A DNA stretch of 64,000 nucleotides from Centroscyllium fabricii (lineage: Eukaryota): the NCBI GenBank assembly GCA_051313645.2, contig JBNRSN020000031.1, forward strand, positions 34,162,001-34,226,000, written 5' to 3'. Below, piece by piece: positions 34,648-46,410 of this stretch. The position numbers and the translations under genes were made by a program. Within the stretch, counting starts at the first letter, position 1; each line of letters begins with the position of its first letter. The notes under the pieces were generated by a model, which was not told the DNA's origin, did not search any database, and saw only the letters and a program-made list of their open reading frames with translations.

Positions 34648-37259
34648 GTGAAGTTGTTGGCTCAGACTGATCCTGAATTCAAATAAAGGAAATGACGATG
34701 GTGTGAGGCGCAAGTTGGTTAGGATTGATTGGGGAATGTTGGCTAAAGGGTTGACGGTGGATAGGCAATGGCAAACATTTAAATATCGCATGGATGAACT
34801 ACAGAATTTGTTCATCCCGGTTTGGCATAAAAATCAAACAAAAAAAGGTGACTCAACCATGACTAACAAGGTAAATTAGGGATAGTACAAGATCCAAGGA
34901 GAGGACATATAAATTGGCCAGAAAAAGCAGCAAACCTGAGGCTTGGGAACAGTTTACGATTCAGCAAAGGAGGACAAATGGATTAATTAAGAGGGGGGAA
35001 AGTAGAAAGAGTAAGCTTGCAGGGGACATAAAAACTGACTAAAAACATTTATAGATAGATGTAGAGGAAAAGATTGGTGAAGTCAAGTGTAGGTCCCTTG
35101 CAGTCAGAATCAGGGGAATTTATAATGGGGAACAAAGAAATGGCAGACCAATTAAATACATACTTTGGTTCTGTCTTCACAAAGGAGGATACAAATTACT
35201 TCCCAGAGATGTCGAGGAACATGGGGTCCAATGAGAAGGAGGAATTGAATGGAATCAGTATTTGTAGGAAAATGGTGTTCAGGAAATTGATGGGATTGAA
35301 GGCCGATAAATCCCCAAGGTCTGATAATCTGCATCCTAGGGTACTTGAAGTGGCCCTAGAAATATAGATGCATTGCTGGTCATCTTCCAAAATTCTATAG
35401 ACTCGAACAGTTCCCATGGATTGGAGGGTAGCTAATGTTACCCCACTATTTAAAAAAGGTGGCAGAGAAAACGGGGAATTACAGACCGGTAAGCCTGACA
35501 TCGGTAGTGGGGAAAATGCTCGAGTCCATTATAAAAGATGTAATAGCAGAGCACATGGAAAACAGTGACAGGATCTGACAAAGTCAACAAGGATTTACAA
35601 AAGGTCAATCATGCTTGACTAACTACTGGAAGCTTTTGAGGATTTAATTGGTAGAATAGCTAAGGGAGAACCAGTGGATGTGGTGTATTTGGACTTTCAG
35701 AAGGCTTTCGATAAGATCCCACATAAGAGATAAGCGTGCAAAGTTAAAGAATGTGGGATTGGGGGTAAGGTACTGACTTGGATAGAGAATTGGTTGGCAG
35801 ACAGGAAGCAAAGAGTTGGAATAAACGGGTCTTTTTCCAAGTGGCAGGCAGTGATTAGTGGGGTACTGCAGGGATCTGTGCTTGGACCCCAGCTATTCAC
35901 GATATATATTAATGATCTGGACGAGGGAACTAGATGTAATATATCCAAGTTTGCAGATGACACAAAACTGGTTGGGCGTGTGCGTTGTGAGGAGGATGCA
36001 GAGATACTCCAGTATGATTTGGACAGGTTGGGTGATTGGGCAGATGCAGTATAGTGTGAATAAATGCAAGGTTATCCACTTTGGTGGCAAAGAAAGATTA
36101 TTATCTGAACAGCAATAGATTGGAAAAAGGGGAAGTGCAACGAGACCTGGGTGGCCTCGTGCACCAGTCCCTGAAGGTGAGCATGCAGGTGCAGCAGGCG
36201 GTTAAGAAGGCAAATGGTATGTTGGCCTTTGTAGCGAGAGGATTCGAATACAGGAGCAAGGATGTCTTGCTGCAGCTGTACAGGGCCTTGATGAGATCTT
36301 GAGCATTGTGTGCAGTTTTGGTTGCCTTATCTGAGGAAGGAAGTGCAATGAAGATTCACCAGACTGATACCTGGGATGGCAGGAATGACGTATGAGGAGA
36401 GATTGGGTCGATTAGGCTTCTATTCACTAGAGTTCAGAAGAATGCGAGGGAGTCTCATTGAAACTTTAAAAATTCTAACAGGACTGGACAGACTAGATGC
36501 AGGAAGGATGTTCCCGATGGTGGGGGGAGTCCAGAACCAGGGGTCACAGTCTAAGGATAAGGGCTAAGCCATTTAGGACAGATGAGGAGGAATTTCTTCA
36601 CCCAGAGAGTGGTGAACCTGTGGAATTCTCTACCACAGAAGGCAGTTGAGGCTAATTCATTAAATATATTCAAGAAGGAGTTAGATATATTTCTTAATGC
36701 TAAAGGGATGTGGGGAGAAGGCAGGGACAGGGTACTGAATTTGGATGATCAGCCATGATCTCATTGAATGGCGGAGCAGGCTCGAGGGGCCGAATGGCCG
36801 ACTCCTGCTCCTATCCTCTATGTTTCTATGTCATGTAAAAGAAGGAACTTGCATTTACGTAGCATCTTATCACACCATTGGGATGCTCCCCAAGCAGTTT
36901 GCAAGCCAATGAGTCACTCTTGTAGTGCAGTCACTGTTGACGTAGGCAAAGATCGCAGCCAATTTTGAGCATAGCAATGTCTGGCTAAATTAATGTTACT
37001 CCGGATAATGTTACTTTGAGAGACTGAGCAGGTCACCCAGGAGAATGTCCTGCTCCTTTCTGTAGCATGTTGGTCTGAGAGGGCGTGTGCAGCACAGAAT
37101 GGTGCCCGTTTTCCTCTGGCTTAAAATGTTCACAGTGAAGTGCTCCCACCGCTCCTGACGCTATTTGCTTTTGTGATTTTTATCTGGACTTCTTTTGACT
37201 GGAGTGCTGCCTAGAAATTCATTGAACACCAGATTACAGTCCAACAGTTTTATTTTAAA

Positions 37260-37297
37260 TCACAAGCTTTCGGAGCTTTTGCCCCTTCGTCAGGCGA
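37260..37297 (-). ncRNA. Minimal type I hammerhead ribozyme motif (Penelope-type)
   Basis: Minus strand UCGC-CUGACGA-A-GGGGC-AAAA-GCUCC-GAA-A-GC-U-U-GUGA: stem I UCGC/GUGA, stem II GGGGC/GCUCC, 1-bp stem III with palindromic AGCU, NUH = CUU. Confidence 0.7.
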
Positions 37298-37304
37298 AAG
37301 AGAG

Positions 37305-37392
37305 ACGTGGTGCGATTTGAACCCATATCCTCAGAGCATTTGACTAAGCCTCTGGCTTACTAGTCTAGTGACATAACCACTACGCCACCGCC
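37305..37392 (-). mobile_element. tRNA-derived SINE head directly upstream of the hammerhead motif
   Basis: Minus strand GGCGGTGGCGTAGTGG (A box)...GGTTCAAATCGC (B box); near-identical to the head of the SINE at 55078-55165. Confidence 0.75.
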
Positions 37393-37583
37393 ATAATTGT
37401 ATGATGAGAGTTTCCAGTCACGGATTCCAGTCAGTCATAAACTAAAGGGTCCAATTCTAAAGCGGTTGCAGGAACAGAGACACCTGGGGGTGTGTGTGCA
37501 CAAATCATTGATGGTGGCAGGGCAGGTTAGAGAAAGCGGTTAAAAAAGCATACGGGATCCTGGGCTTCATAAATAGAGTCAGA

Positions 37584-38655
37584 GGGCTCGATTTGCCAAG
37601 CCCGAGGAGGCGGGACAGCCGGTAAACTCGGAGAAAGTGGGGGCGGATGGCAAACCCGCCCCCATCCCGCCTCCGTGGCCTTTTGCCAGGAGGCGGGAAG
37701 ATGTGCGGCTTCGGGTCCCGTCTCCTGGAGGCGGGAAAGGCTTTTAATCCTTTTAACTGCCTGTTAACAATTAGTTAACAGGTAGAAAAAGGGATTAGTG
37801 CCATTTTACCGTCACAGGTGAAGGCCTCCCGACCTCTGAGAACACCGCCGGGTTGGAGGAGGCGTGGAGGAGGTCTGCGGCGGTCGGAGGCACCTGGGAG
37901 TAAGATGTAGAGATGAGTGATGGGTGCCAGTGTGGAGTGGTAAGTATGCAAGGTGAGTGATTGTGGTAATCGTGTAAATACCACTGTAAATAGTTGATGG
38001 CTTATCTGGTATTGTATTGTAGGCCAGGTCAGCCACACCCCTAACTCCTCCCCTCAGCTCGCAGCATATAGGTGAGTGCTGCCCTGCCCCCTCTCATTCT
38101 TCGCCTTGAACTCATCAGGAGACCAGCTCCATTCTTAGTTAATAAAAGCCTGTAGTTTAGGTAACTACTCGTCTTTGCGTTTTAATTGACGATACGTCAG
38201 TGATAAGTTTAAAAAGGTGTTCACTTACCTTTTATTACTTCTGCAGCCTTTAGCCGTGCTGGATCAGGAGAGCGGACATCCACCTTGTCAATTTCAGGTC
38301 ATGGCTGATGGACCCTCCGATCCATCAGGCATCTGAAATTTACTTTTTTACAATGTTTTTTCAGTCCTCAGCACAAAAACGAATCCAGCTCAAGAGAATG
38401 TCAGTGTTTGATATCTTCACAGAGCTGTCAAACGCTGTCATTTCTTCTTTCAAAAAGTCTTGACAGCGCGTCTGACGTCGACGTGATCTGTCAATGACTT
38501 CTTCCCCAATTGGCCGCTTGAGCCTGCAGGGCGGACTTAACAAGCTCAATCAGGGGAACATCCCTCTGGTTGGTCAGCTGAGGATGGAGGCGGGACATTG
38601 ACATGACGAGCAGCAGTCCCGCCTCCAACTCGCCTCCATTCACAAAATCCAGCCC
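37584..38655. mobile_element. PIF/Harbinger-type MITE
   Basis: TIR GGGCTCGATTT / AAATCCAGCCC, 3-bp TSD AGA; subterminal GGAGGCGGG repeats. Confidence 0.7.
37962..38199 (+). mobile_element. Solo LTR related to the LTR at 31698-31956
   Basis: TGTGGTAA...CA, 5-bp TSD GTGAT; shares gccaggtcagccacacccc, ggagac.agctccattctta and aaaagcc blocks. Confidence 0.8.
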
Positions 38656-38909
38656 AGAGAGTACAAAAGCAGGGAACGTTTGATGAACCCGTATAAAACA
38701 CTGGTTCGGCCTCAACTGGAGTATTGTGTCTAATTCTGGGCACCGCACTTTAGGAAGGATGTGAAGGCCTTAGAGAGGGTGCAGAAAAGATTGACGAGAA
38801 TGGTTCCAGGGATGAGGAAGTTCATTTACTGGAGAAGCTGCGATTGTTCTTAGAGCAGAGAAGGTTGAGAGGTGATTTGATCGAGGTGTTCAAAATCATG
38901 ATGGATCTA

Positions 38910-39115
38910 TGCAAGAAGTCACACAACACCTGGTTATAGTCCAACAGTTTTATTTTAAATCACAAGCTTTCGGAACGCTGCTCCTTCGTCAGGGACGAAG
39001 GAGCAGCGCTCCGAAAGCTTGTGATTTAAATTAAAACTGTTGGACTATAACCTGGTGTTGTGTGACGACTTGCGTTTGTCCAGCCCAGTCCAACACCGGC
39101 ACCTCCACATCATGA
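38910..39115. mobile_element. Palindromic Penelope pLTR mini-element with hammerhead core
   Basis: ~80-bp inverted arms meeting at ttcgtcagggacgaa; minus strand CTGACGA-AGGAGC-AGC-GTTCC-GAAAGCTTGTG. Confidence 0.75.
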
Positions 39116-39502
39116 GGGGTCTGGACAGAGTAGAGAGAGAGAAACTGTTCCCATTGGTGGAAGGGTCGAGAACCAGAGGACACAGATTTAAGGTGATTGG
39201 CAGAAGAACCAAAGGCGACAGGAGGAAAAACGATTTTACTCAGCGAGTGGTTCGGATCTGGAAAGCACTGCCTGAAAGGGTGGAGGAGGCAGATTCAATC
39301 ATGGCTTTCAAAAGGGAATTGGATAAATACCTGAGGGAAAAACATTTCAGGGCTACGAGGAAAGGGCAGGGGAGTGGGACTCGCTGAAATGCTCTTGCAG
39401 AGAGAATGACCTCCTTCTGTGCTGTAACCATTCTGATTCTATTTACATGGGGATATTGTTTTGATTATTTCATACCGGACAATGTTAAAGTAACTTTAAA
39501 GG

Positions 39503-40400
39503 CGTGTCAGCCGTGGTTCAGTGGGCAGCACTCTCTCTCTCTCTCTTGCCTCTGAATCAGAAGGTCGTGGGTTCAAGTCCCACTCCAGAGACTTGAGCAC
39601 AAAAATCCAGGCTGACACTCCAGTGCAGTGCTGAGGGAGTGCTGCACTGTCGGAGGTACCGTCTTTCGGATGAGACGATAAACCAAAGCTCCATCTGCTC
39701 TCAGGTGGATGTAAAAGATCCCATGGCACTATTTTGAAGAAGAGCAGCGGAGTTCTCCCCAGTGTCCTGGGGCCAATATTTATCAAAGAAACATAGAAAC
39801 ATAGAAGATAGGAGCAGGAGTCGGCCATTCGGCCCCTCAAGCCTGCTCTGCCATTCAATGAGATCATGGCTGATCATCCAAACCCAGCACCCTGTCCCTG
39901 CCTTGTCCCCATATCCCTCGATCCCTATCGAGCCTGCACCGACACATATCCCACCCTATCCCCGTAACCCCACATATTCAATCCCCCTAACACTAAGGGT
40001 CAATTTATCCTGGCCAATCAACCTAACCCGCACATCTTTGGACTGTGGGAGGAAACCGGAGCACCCGGAGGAAACCCACGCAGACACGGGGAGAATATGC
40101 AAACTCCACACAGATAGTACCCGAGGCTGGATTTGAACCCGGGCCCCTGGCGCTGTGAGGCAACAGTGCTAACCACTATGCCACCGTGCCGCCCATCCCT
40201 CAAGCAACATCATTAAAACAGATTATCTGGTCATTATCACATTGCTGTTTGTGGGATCTTGCTGTGCACAAATTGCCTGCTGCGTTTCCCACATTACAAC
40301 AGTGACTGCACTTCAAAAAGTACTTCATTGGCTGTAAAGCACTTTGGGACGCCCTGAGCTCGTGAAAGGCGCTACAGAAATGCAGGTCTGTCTTTCACCT
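39503..40400 (+). mobile_element. DeuSINE interrupted by a minus-strand HE1-like V-SINE (39786-40194)
   Basis: Both families recognised by match to other copies in the window. Confidence 0.8.
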
Positions 40401-41431
40401 TTTGACTGATGAACAATTGGAGAAGCTAGCAACGAATGGACTGACCAGATGGTATGGCTGGCATGGTCGACACGGCAACAGTGACTACGCTTCCAATGTA
40501 CTTCATTGGCTGTAAAGCGCTCTGGGGCGTCCTGAGGTTGTGAAAAGTGCAAGAGAAATTCAAGTCTTTTTCTTTCATCTAGAAACACACCATTTCTCTG
40601 ACCATTCCTTTGCTTACTTTCTTCAATATGTTAAATTTGAATTGAACATTAAAATTTAGTCAAAGCAGATAACAAGACACTGGTACAAAGTATTTCTGGG
40701 AATTTTTTTAATTTAGGCTTTGGAGCCTGAAATGTTGAAATAAAAAAGAAAGCAAGAGGAGGCTGGTTAGCCCAACATGTTTGTTCATTCCATAGATCGC
40801 AAACAACTTGCATTTATATACTATTCATGTAGAAAAACACCCAAAGGCACTTTTTTTTCATTCATTGATGGGATGTGGGCATCGCTGGCTGGCTAGGCCT
40901 GCATTTAGTGCCCATCCCTAATTGCCCTTGAGAAGATGGTGGTGAGCCGCATTCTTGAACCGCTGCAGTCCGTATGGTGCAGGTACACCCACAATGTTGT
41001 TAGGAAGGGAGTTCCAGGATTTTGGCCCAGCGACACTGAAGGAGCGGCGATACAGGTCCAAGTCAGGATGGTGTGTGGCTTGCAGGGGAACTTCACTTAG
41101 ACATGAGGGGAAAATGGACAATGAGCCAGAGAAATAAATATTAGGAGGAATGACCCAAAGCTTGGTCAAGGAGTTGAGTTTTAATGAAGGTCTCAAAGGA
41201 AGATCTAGGCAGTTGAGGGCACAATTTGGGGTTTGGTGAGGCCACACCTGGAGTACTGGGCACAGTTTTGGTCTCCTTATCTAAGGAAGGATATACTTGC
41301 CTTGGAGACGGTGCAACAAAGGTTCACTGGACTGATTCCTGAGATGAGAGGGTTGTCCTATGAGGAGAGATTGTATAGAATGGGCCGATACTCCCTGGAG
41401 TTTAGAAGAATGAGGGGTGATCGCATTGAAA

Positions 41432-42402
41432 CATTTTGGGCGCTAACCACGGCGGTGCGCTACTTTTAGCGCCCGTTCCTCTTGATATTCGGATGTAGCG
41501 CCCAAAGTAGGAGGGCGGGTGTTACTGCAGGCGCCTGACCTCATTCTTTAGGCGCTACAACTGAATATCCGGCGCTGTGGGCTGAAGCGCCACGTTACAC
41601 AGAGTGCCGCGCCGTGGTACTGCAGGCCTTCCATCCCCTGATTAAAGGGGAGGGGCCTAGCGCAGTTTCGGCCGGAGCCCCGCGGGCTGCCGTAGGACGC
41701 AATGCCGCCGAAGGAGCCCGGCGCTCGAGGGAAGTGCCGGGCTGACAAAGCCGAGGGGGAGGCCGGGAACGGAAAAGGGGGGAGGGGAAGGTGCTGGCAG
41801 TCGGCCAGCCAGAAAAATGGCTGCCCGGCACCCTCCCCTTTAAGTAGCGCTCCCCTGCTGCAAGTACGACAGCCTGAAGCTGTCGTGGGCAGCGTCAGGC
41901 GGTACGCCAGCGGGCACGACTCAATTTTGCGCCCTGTGCGCTCCAATAACGTCATAATAATAATAATCAACTTTTATTGTCATTATACAATGTACAAGTA
42001 CATGAACAACGAAATGTGATCTTGCAAGCTCCCAAGACTCCAGCAAAGCCGCTGCGTCTGTGCGCGCCGCCATTCCATGTTTCCATCATTCCGACAATCT
42101 TCAGCCAACCGCCCCTCCCCGGGGCTCCTTTCGTGACCTTCTGCACCTGGTATTCCCTGGTGGTCACCCATCCAAGTACTAACCAGGCCTGGCCCTGCTT
42201 AGCTTCCAAGCCTTGCCAGTGACCCTGTCCCTAGTCACAGGAACAGGGCATCCCCGGTGGCGTGGAGCCGCGGGGCGCTACCAGCTACCGCACATGCCAG
42301 CACCCCACTGAATACCGTGGGAGGCGCCAGGCCAGACTTGCGCCCCATTGGCAGCCCTCTTCGGGCACTAACGGCTGGCGCAAGCCACTGAATTTCTCCC
42401 CC
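41432..42402. mobile_element. GC-rich Harbinger-type MITE (one end visible) inside a CR1 fragment
   Basis: Right end GAATTTCTCCCCC matches the TIR of 46240-57440; GGCGCTA subterminal repeats; CR1 at 41230-41431 resumes at 42403. Confidence 0.6.
41954..42249 (-). mobile_element. 5S rRNA-derived SINE with Rex1-like tail, copy 2
   Basis: Reverse-complement match to the other copies; (TTA)n tail. Confidence 0.85.
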
Positions 42403-42709
42403 ATAAGATTCTGAGGGGGATTGATGTTCCCGATGGTGAGGTTGTTTCCCCCTGACTGGAGAGTCTAGAACCAGGGGCCACAGTCTCAGGATAAGGGGTC
42501 GGCCATTTAAGACTGAGATGAGGAGGAGTTTCTTCACTCAGAGGGCGGTGAATCTTTGGAATTCTCTACCCCAGAGGAATGTGGCTGCTCAGTCGTTGAG
42601 TATACTCAAGGTTGAGATCGATAGACTTTTGGATCGAGATAAATTGAGGGATATGGGGAGCGGGCAGGAAAGTGGAGTTGAGGTTGAAAATCAGCCATGA
42701 TCTTATTAG

Positions 42710-43470
42710 ATACATAGAAAATAGAAAATAGGTGCAGGAGTAGACCATTCGGCCCTTCGAGCCTGCACCGCCATTCAACACGTTCATGGCTGAACATGCT
42801 ACATCAGTACCCCATTCCTGCTTTCTCGCTCTATCCCTTGATCCTCCTAGTTGTGAGTATTACATCTAACTCCCTTTTGAATATATTTAGTGAACTGGCC
42901 TCAACAACTTTCTGTGGTAGAGAATTCCACAGGTTCACCACTCTCTGGGTGAAGAAGTTTCTCCTCATCTCTGTCCTAAATGGCTTACCCCTTATCCTTA
43001 GTCTGTGCCCCCTGGTTCTGGACTCCCCCACCAATGGGAACATTCTGCCCACATCCAACCTGTCCAAACCCGTCAGGATTTTAAACATTTCTATGAGATC
43101 CCCCCTCATTCTTCTGAACTCCAGAGAGTACAAGTTCAGTTGATCCAGTCTTTCTTGATATGTCAGTCCGACCATCCTGGGAATCAATCTAGTAAACCTT
43201 CGCTGCACTTCCTCAATAGCAAGAATGTCCTTCCTCAAGTTAGGAGACCAAAACTGCACACAATACTCCAGGTGTGGCCTCACCAAGGCCCTGTACAACT
43301 GTAGCAACACCTCCCTACTCCTGTACTCAAATCCCCTCGCTATGAAGGCCAACATGCCATTTGCTTTCTTGATTGCCTGCTGTACCTGCATTTCCACCTT
43401 CAGTGACTAATGTACCATGACGCCCAGGTCTCGTTGCACCTCCCCTTTCCCTAATCTGTCACCATTCAGA
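42710..43470 (-). mobile_element. CR1 LINE 3' fragment
   Basis: 188-aa ORF 42831-43397, CR1 RT C-terminus (LVRPHLEYCVQFWSP). Confidence 0.88.
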
Positions 43471-43502
43471 TGGCTCAGGGGCCGTATGACCTACACCTGC
43501 TC

Positions 43503-43912
43503 GGCACGGTGGCACAGTGGCATAGTGGTTAGCATTGTTGTCTCACAGCACTGGAGACCCGGGTTCAAATCCAGCCTCGGGTACTATCTGTGTGGAGTTT
43601 GCACATTCTCCCCGTGTCTGCGTGGGTTTCCTCCGGGTGCTCCGGTTTCCTCCCACAGTCCAAAGATGTGCGGGTTAGGTTGATTGGCCAGGATAAATTG
43701 ACCCTTAGTGTTAGGGGGTTTGAATATGTGGGGTTACGGGGATAGGGTGGGATATGTGTTGATGCAGGCTCGATAAGGGATCGAGGGATATGGGGACAAG
43801 GCAGGGGCAGGGTACTGGGTTTGGATGATCAGCCATGATCTCATTGAATGGCGGAGCAGGCTCGAAAGGCCGAATGGCTTACTCCTGCTCCTAGTTTCTA
43901 TGTTTCTATGTT
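43503..43912 (+). mobile_element. HE1-like V-SINE
   Basis: Near-identical to 15304-15698. Confidence 0.85.
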
Positions 43913-44519
43913 TGCTCCTGATTCTTATCATCTTATGTTCCAATATTCAATTGCTACTGTTCCAGCAAAAAAAGGGTGGGGAGGGATGAAAGTCGGCAAA
44001 TCAGCCTGCCATCACCGCTGGGATAAAGCTGATGCATATCCGAATGTGCAGCTTCTCCAGTCTATCCACGCAACTGTACTCCCTTGTCCCTGGAACCATT
44101 CTTGCTAATCTTTTCTGCACCCCCTCTAAGGCCTTCACATCCTTGCTAAAGTGTGGTGCCCAGATGGGCCGAATGGCCTCCTTCTGTGCTGTATAATTCT
44201 ACTACAGTATTATTATAGAGGTGTGGACACAGATTCTCCAGGCTGGGGATTATGGAATGATTCACCGGAACACAAGAAATGGGTGAAAAGTCAAACTGGG
44301 GGCAGGGCACTGTAAGATAGAGTACGTGCGTTACACTGTGATATCCAGAGAGAATACAAATGACCCCATTGTCTGATTCATATTAAAAAAAAGTTAGCTC
44401 CTGTGTGCCTTTTAAATCTTTTTGTTGCGGATTTTGTTCTTTTTACATCAGAGTCGCATCTTTTTCTCTAACAGTTTCTTTTGCTGCAGCGCATCAGAAA
44501 TGTAGCTGATAAAAGGGAA

Positions 44520-45270
44520 GGCTGGTGATTTTCTGACTAGAATTGGATAGATAAGAGTGGAACCAGGCGAGTGTAGTCCCACCCAGCTGGACGACGGTGG
44601 AGAGGCGTTGGAGGAGGATGGAGTGGTCAACCGTGTCAAAGGCTGCAGACAAGTCAAGGAGGATGAGGAGGGATAGTTTACCTTTGTCACAGTCACAAAG
44701 GATGTCATTTGTGACTTTGATGAGAGCTGTGTTGACACTGTTGCAGGGGCGGAAACCTGATTGGAGGAGTTAGATATATTTCAAGAAGGAGTTAGATATA
44801 TTTCTTGAGGCTCAAGGGATCGAGGGCTATTGGGAGAAGGCAGGCACAGGGTGCTGGGTTTGAATGATCAGCCATGATCTCATCGAATGGCGGAGCAGGC
44901 TCGAGGGGCCGAATGGCCTACTCCTGCTCCTATCTTCTATGTATCTATGGAGGGATTCAAACATGGAATTGCGGGAAAGATGGGCATGGATTTGGGAAGG
45001 GACATGTTCAAGGACTTTGGAGAGGTATGATGTGGAGGTGCCGGTGTTGGACTGGGGTGGACAAATGCAAGAAGTCACACAACACCAGATTATAGTCCAA
45101 CAGTTTTATTTTAAATCACAAGCTTTCGGAGCTTCTGCCCCTTCGTCCTGACGAAGGGGCAAAAGCTCCGAAAGCTTGTGATTTAAAATAAAACTGTTGG
45201 ACTATAATCTGGTGTTGTGTGACTTCTTGCATTTGGAGAGGTAAGGGAAGTTAGAGATGGGGCGGTAGTG
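44520..45270 (-). mobile_element. L2/CR1-group LINE RT fragment with nested insertions
   Basis: Minus-strand [16 protein letters not shown]-type codons and PYLSKVLEH; interrupted by a CR1 tail and a palindromic mini-element. Confidence 0.65.
45028..45231. mobile_element. Palindromic Penelope pLTR mini-element with hammerhead core
   Basis: 12-bp duplication TTTGGAGAGGTA (45016-45027, 45232-45243); ~85-bp inverted arms meeting at ttcgtcctgacgaa; plus strand CTGACGA-AGGGGC-AAAA-GCTCC-GAAAGCTTGTG. Confidence 0.8.
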
Positions 45271-45509
45271 TAAAGGAAAAGCCATATTTCTGAAAAATAC
45301 ACCATCCTATGAACAGAATTCTGAATGTATTAACGCATGACATACTGGGTTTAAAAATGTAAAAAGCTTCAACGACAATAGCTATCAATACAGGCTTTTG
45401 AGATAAGATGAAGTGTTAACACAAAAGTTGTAAACACCATACAAGCTTTTGAAATGGAAATTGATTGTTACTACTGAGACAAAGGCCCTATTGAAGAAGC
45501 AAAGGCTTA

Positions 45510-45912
45510 TAGACATAGACATAGAAACTAAGAGCAGGAGTAGGCCATTCGGCCCTTCGAGCCTGCTCCGCCATTCAATGAGATCATGGCTGATCATCCA
45601 AACCCAGTACCCTGCCCCTGCCCTCTCCCCATATCCCTCGATCCCTATCGAGCCTGCATCAACACATATCCCACCCTATCCCCGTAATCCCACATATTCA
45701 ATCCCTCTAACACTAAGGGTCAATTTATCATGGCCAATCAACCTAACCCGCACATCTTTGGACTGTGGGAGGAAACCGGAGCACCCGGAGGAAACCCACG
45801 CAGACACAGGGAGAATGTGCAAACTCCACACAGATAGTACCCGAGGCTGGATTTGAACCCGGGTCTCCAGTGCTGTGAGACAACAGTGCTAACCACTGTG
45901 CCACCATGCCGC
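45510..45912 (-). mobile_element. HE1-like V-SINE
   Basis: Reverse-complement match to 15304-15698. Confidence 0.85.
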
Positions 45913-46410
45913 TTGCTTCCAAGGAGTCTGCAGTTTGGAACCAACACAATAGAAATGCTCAAGTAAAGTGTTAAAAACTAACACTTCAAACATAAACACA
46001 GAACAATAAAAAACCATGTGCCTTGGATAAAAGTAACATCAAATGAGAAGCAGGAAACGTGATTATATATACAACCAAGTGAAGTAGCTAAGAAATGCAA
46101 GGAACACCCTGGTTGAAGTGGTTTTGATTTACATATTGTAAAAGGTGCAAAACAGAAGACTTTGAAAATATGACTTCAATAGATGACACCAAGCAATCAC
46201 TTGGTGTTTGTATTGAAAATGGAACAGTTAGGAGACATGGGGGGAGAAATTCGGTATCTCCCCGTTTGGGGCGCTATATTCGGCGCAGCGCTAAATTTAG
46301 CACCTGGCGCTAATTATCACCCAACTGCAAACTTGGCCTTTATCGCCCCTGGAGGTGATTGGAGTGCTAAATCAGGTGCTACCCGCCTCTCAAGGTGCAA
46401 AGGCTGAGGA

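Larger units (their letters stand above)
31165..36830 (+). mobile_element. CR1 LINE ORF2 interrupted by a 5S-SINE, a Gypsy element and a Rex1 tail
   Basis: Endonuclease part 31165-31697 (FRKDRQKGKGGGV, ESVWVELRN, VGVVYRPP); RT part 34650-36830 (QGSVLGP, KFADDTKL); tttctatg tail. Confidence 0.88.
37440..39440 (+). mobile_element. CR1 3' fragment hosting a Harbinger MITE and a palindromic Penelope mini-element
   Basis: CR1 RT C-terminal motifs (YKTLVRPQLEYCV, LFPLVEGSRTRGHRFKV) split at 37583/38656 and ~38900/39115. Confidence 0.75.

Noticed and set aside
44448-44520. Possible minus-strand terminal exon [18 protein letters not shown]-stop after cttcccttttatcag
   Set aside because: The acceptor abuts or overlaps a LINE fragment, I found no upstream exons and I do not recognise the peptide; needs BLAST or RNA-seq
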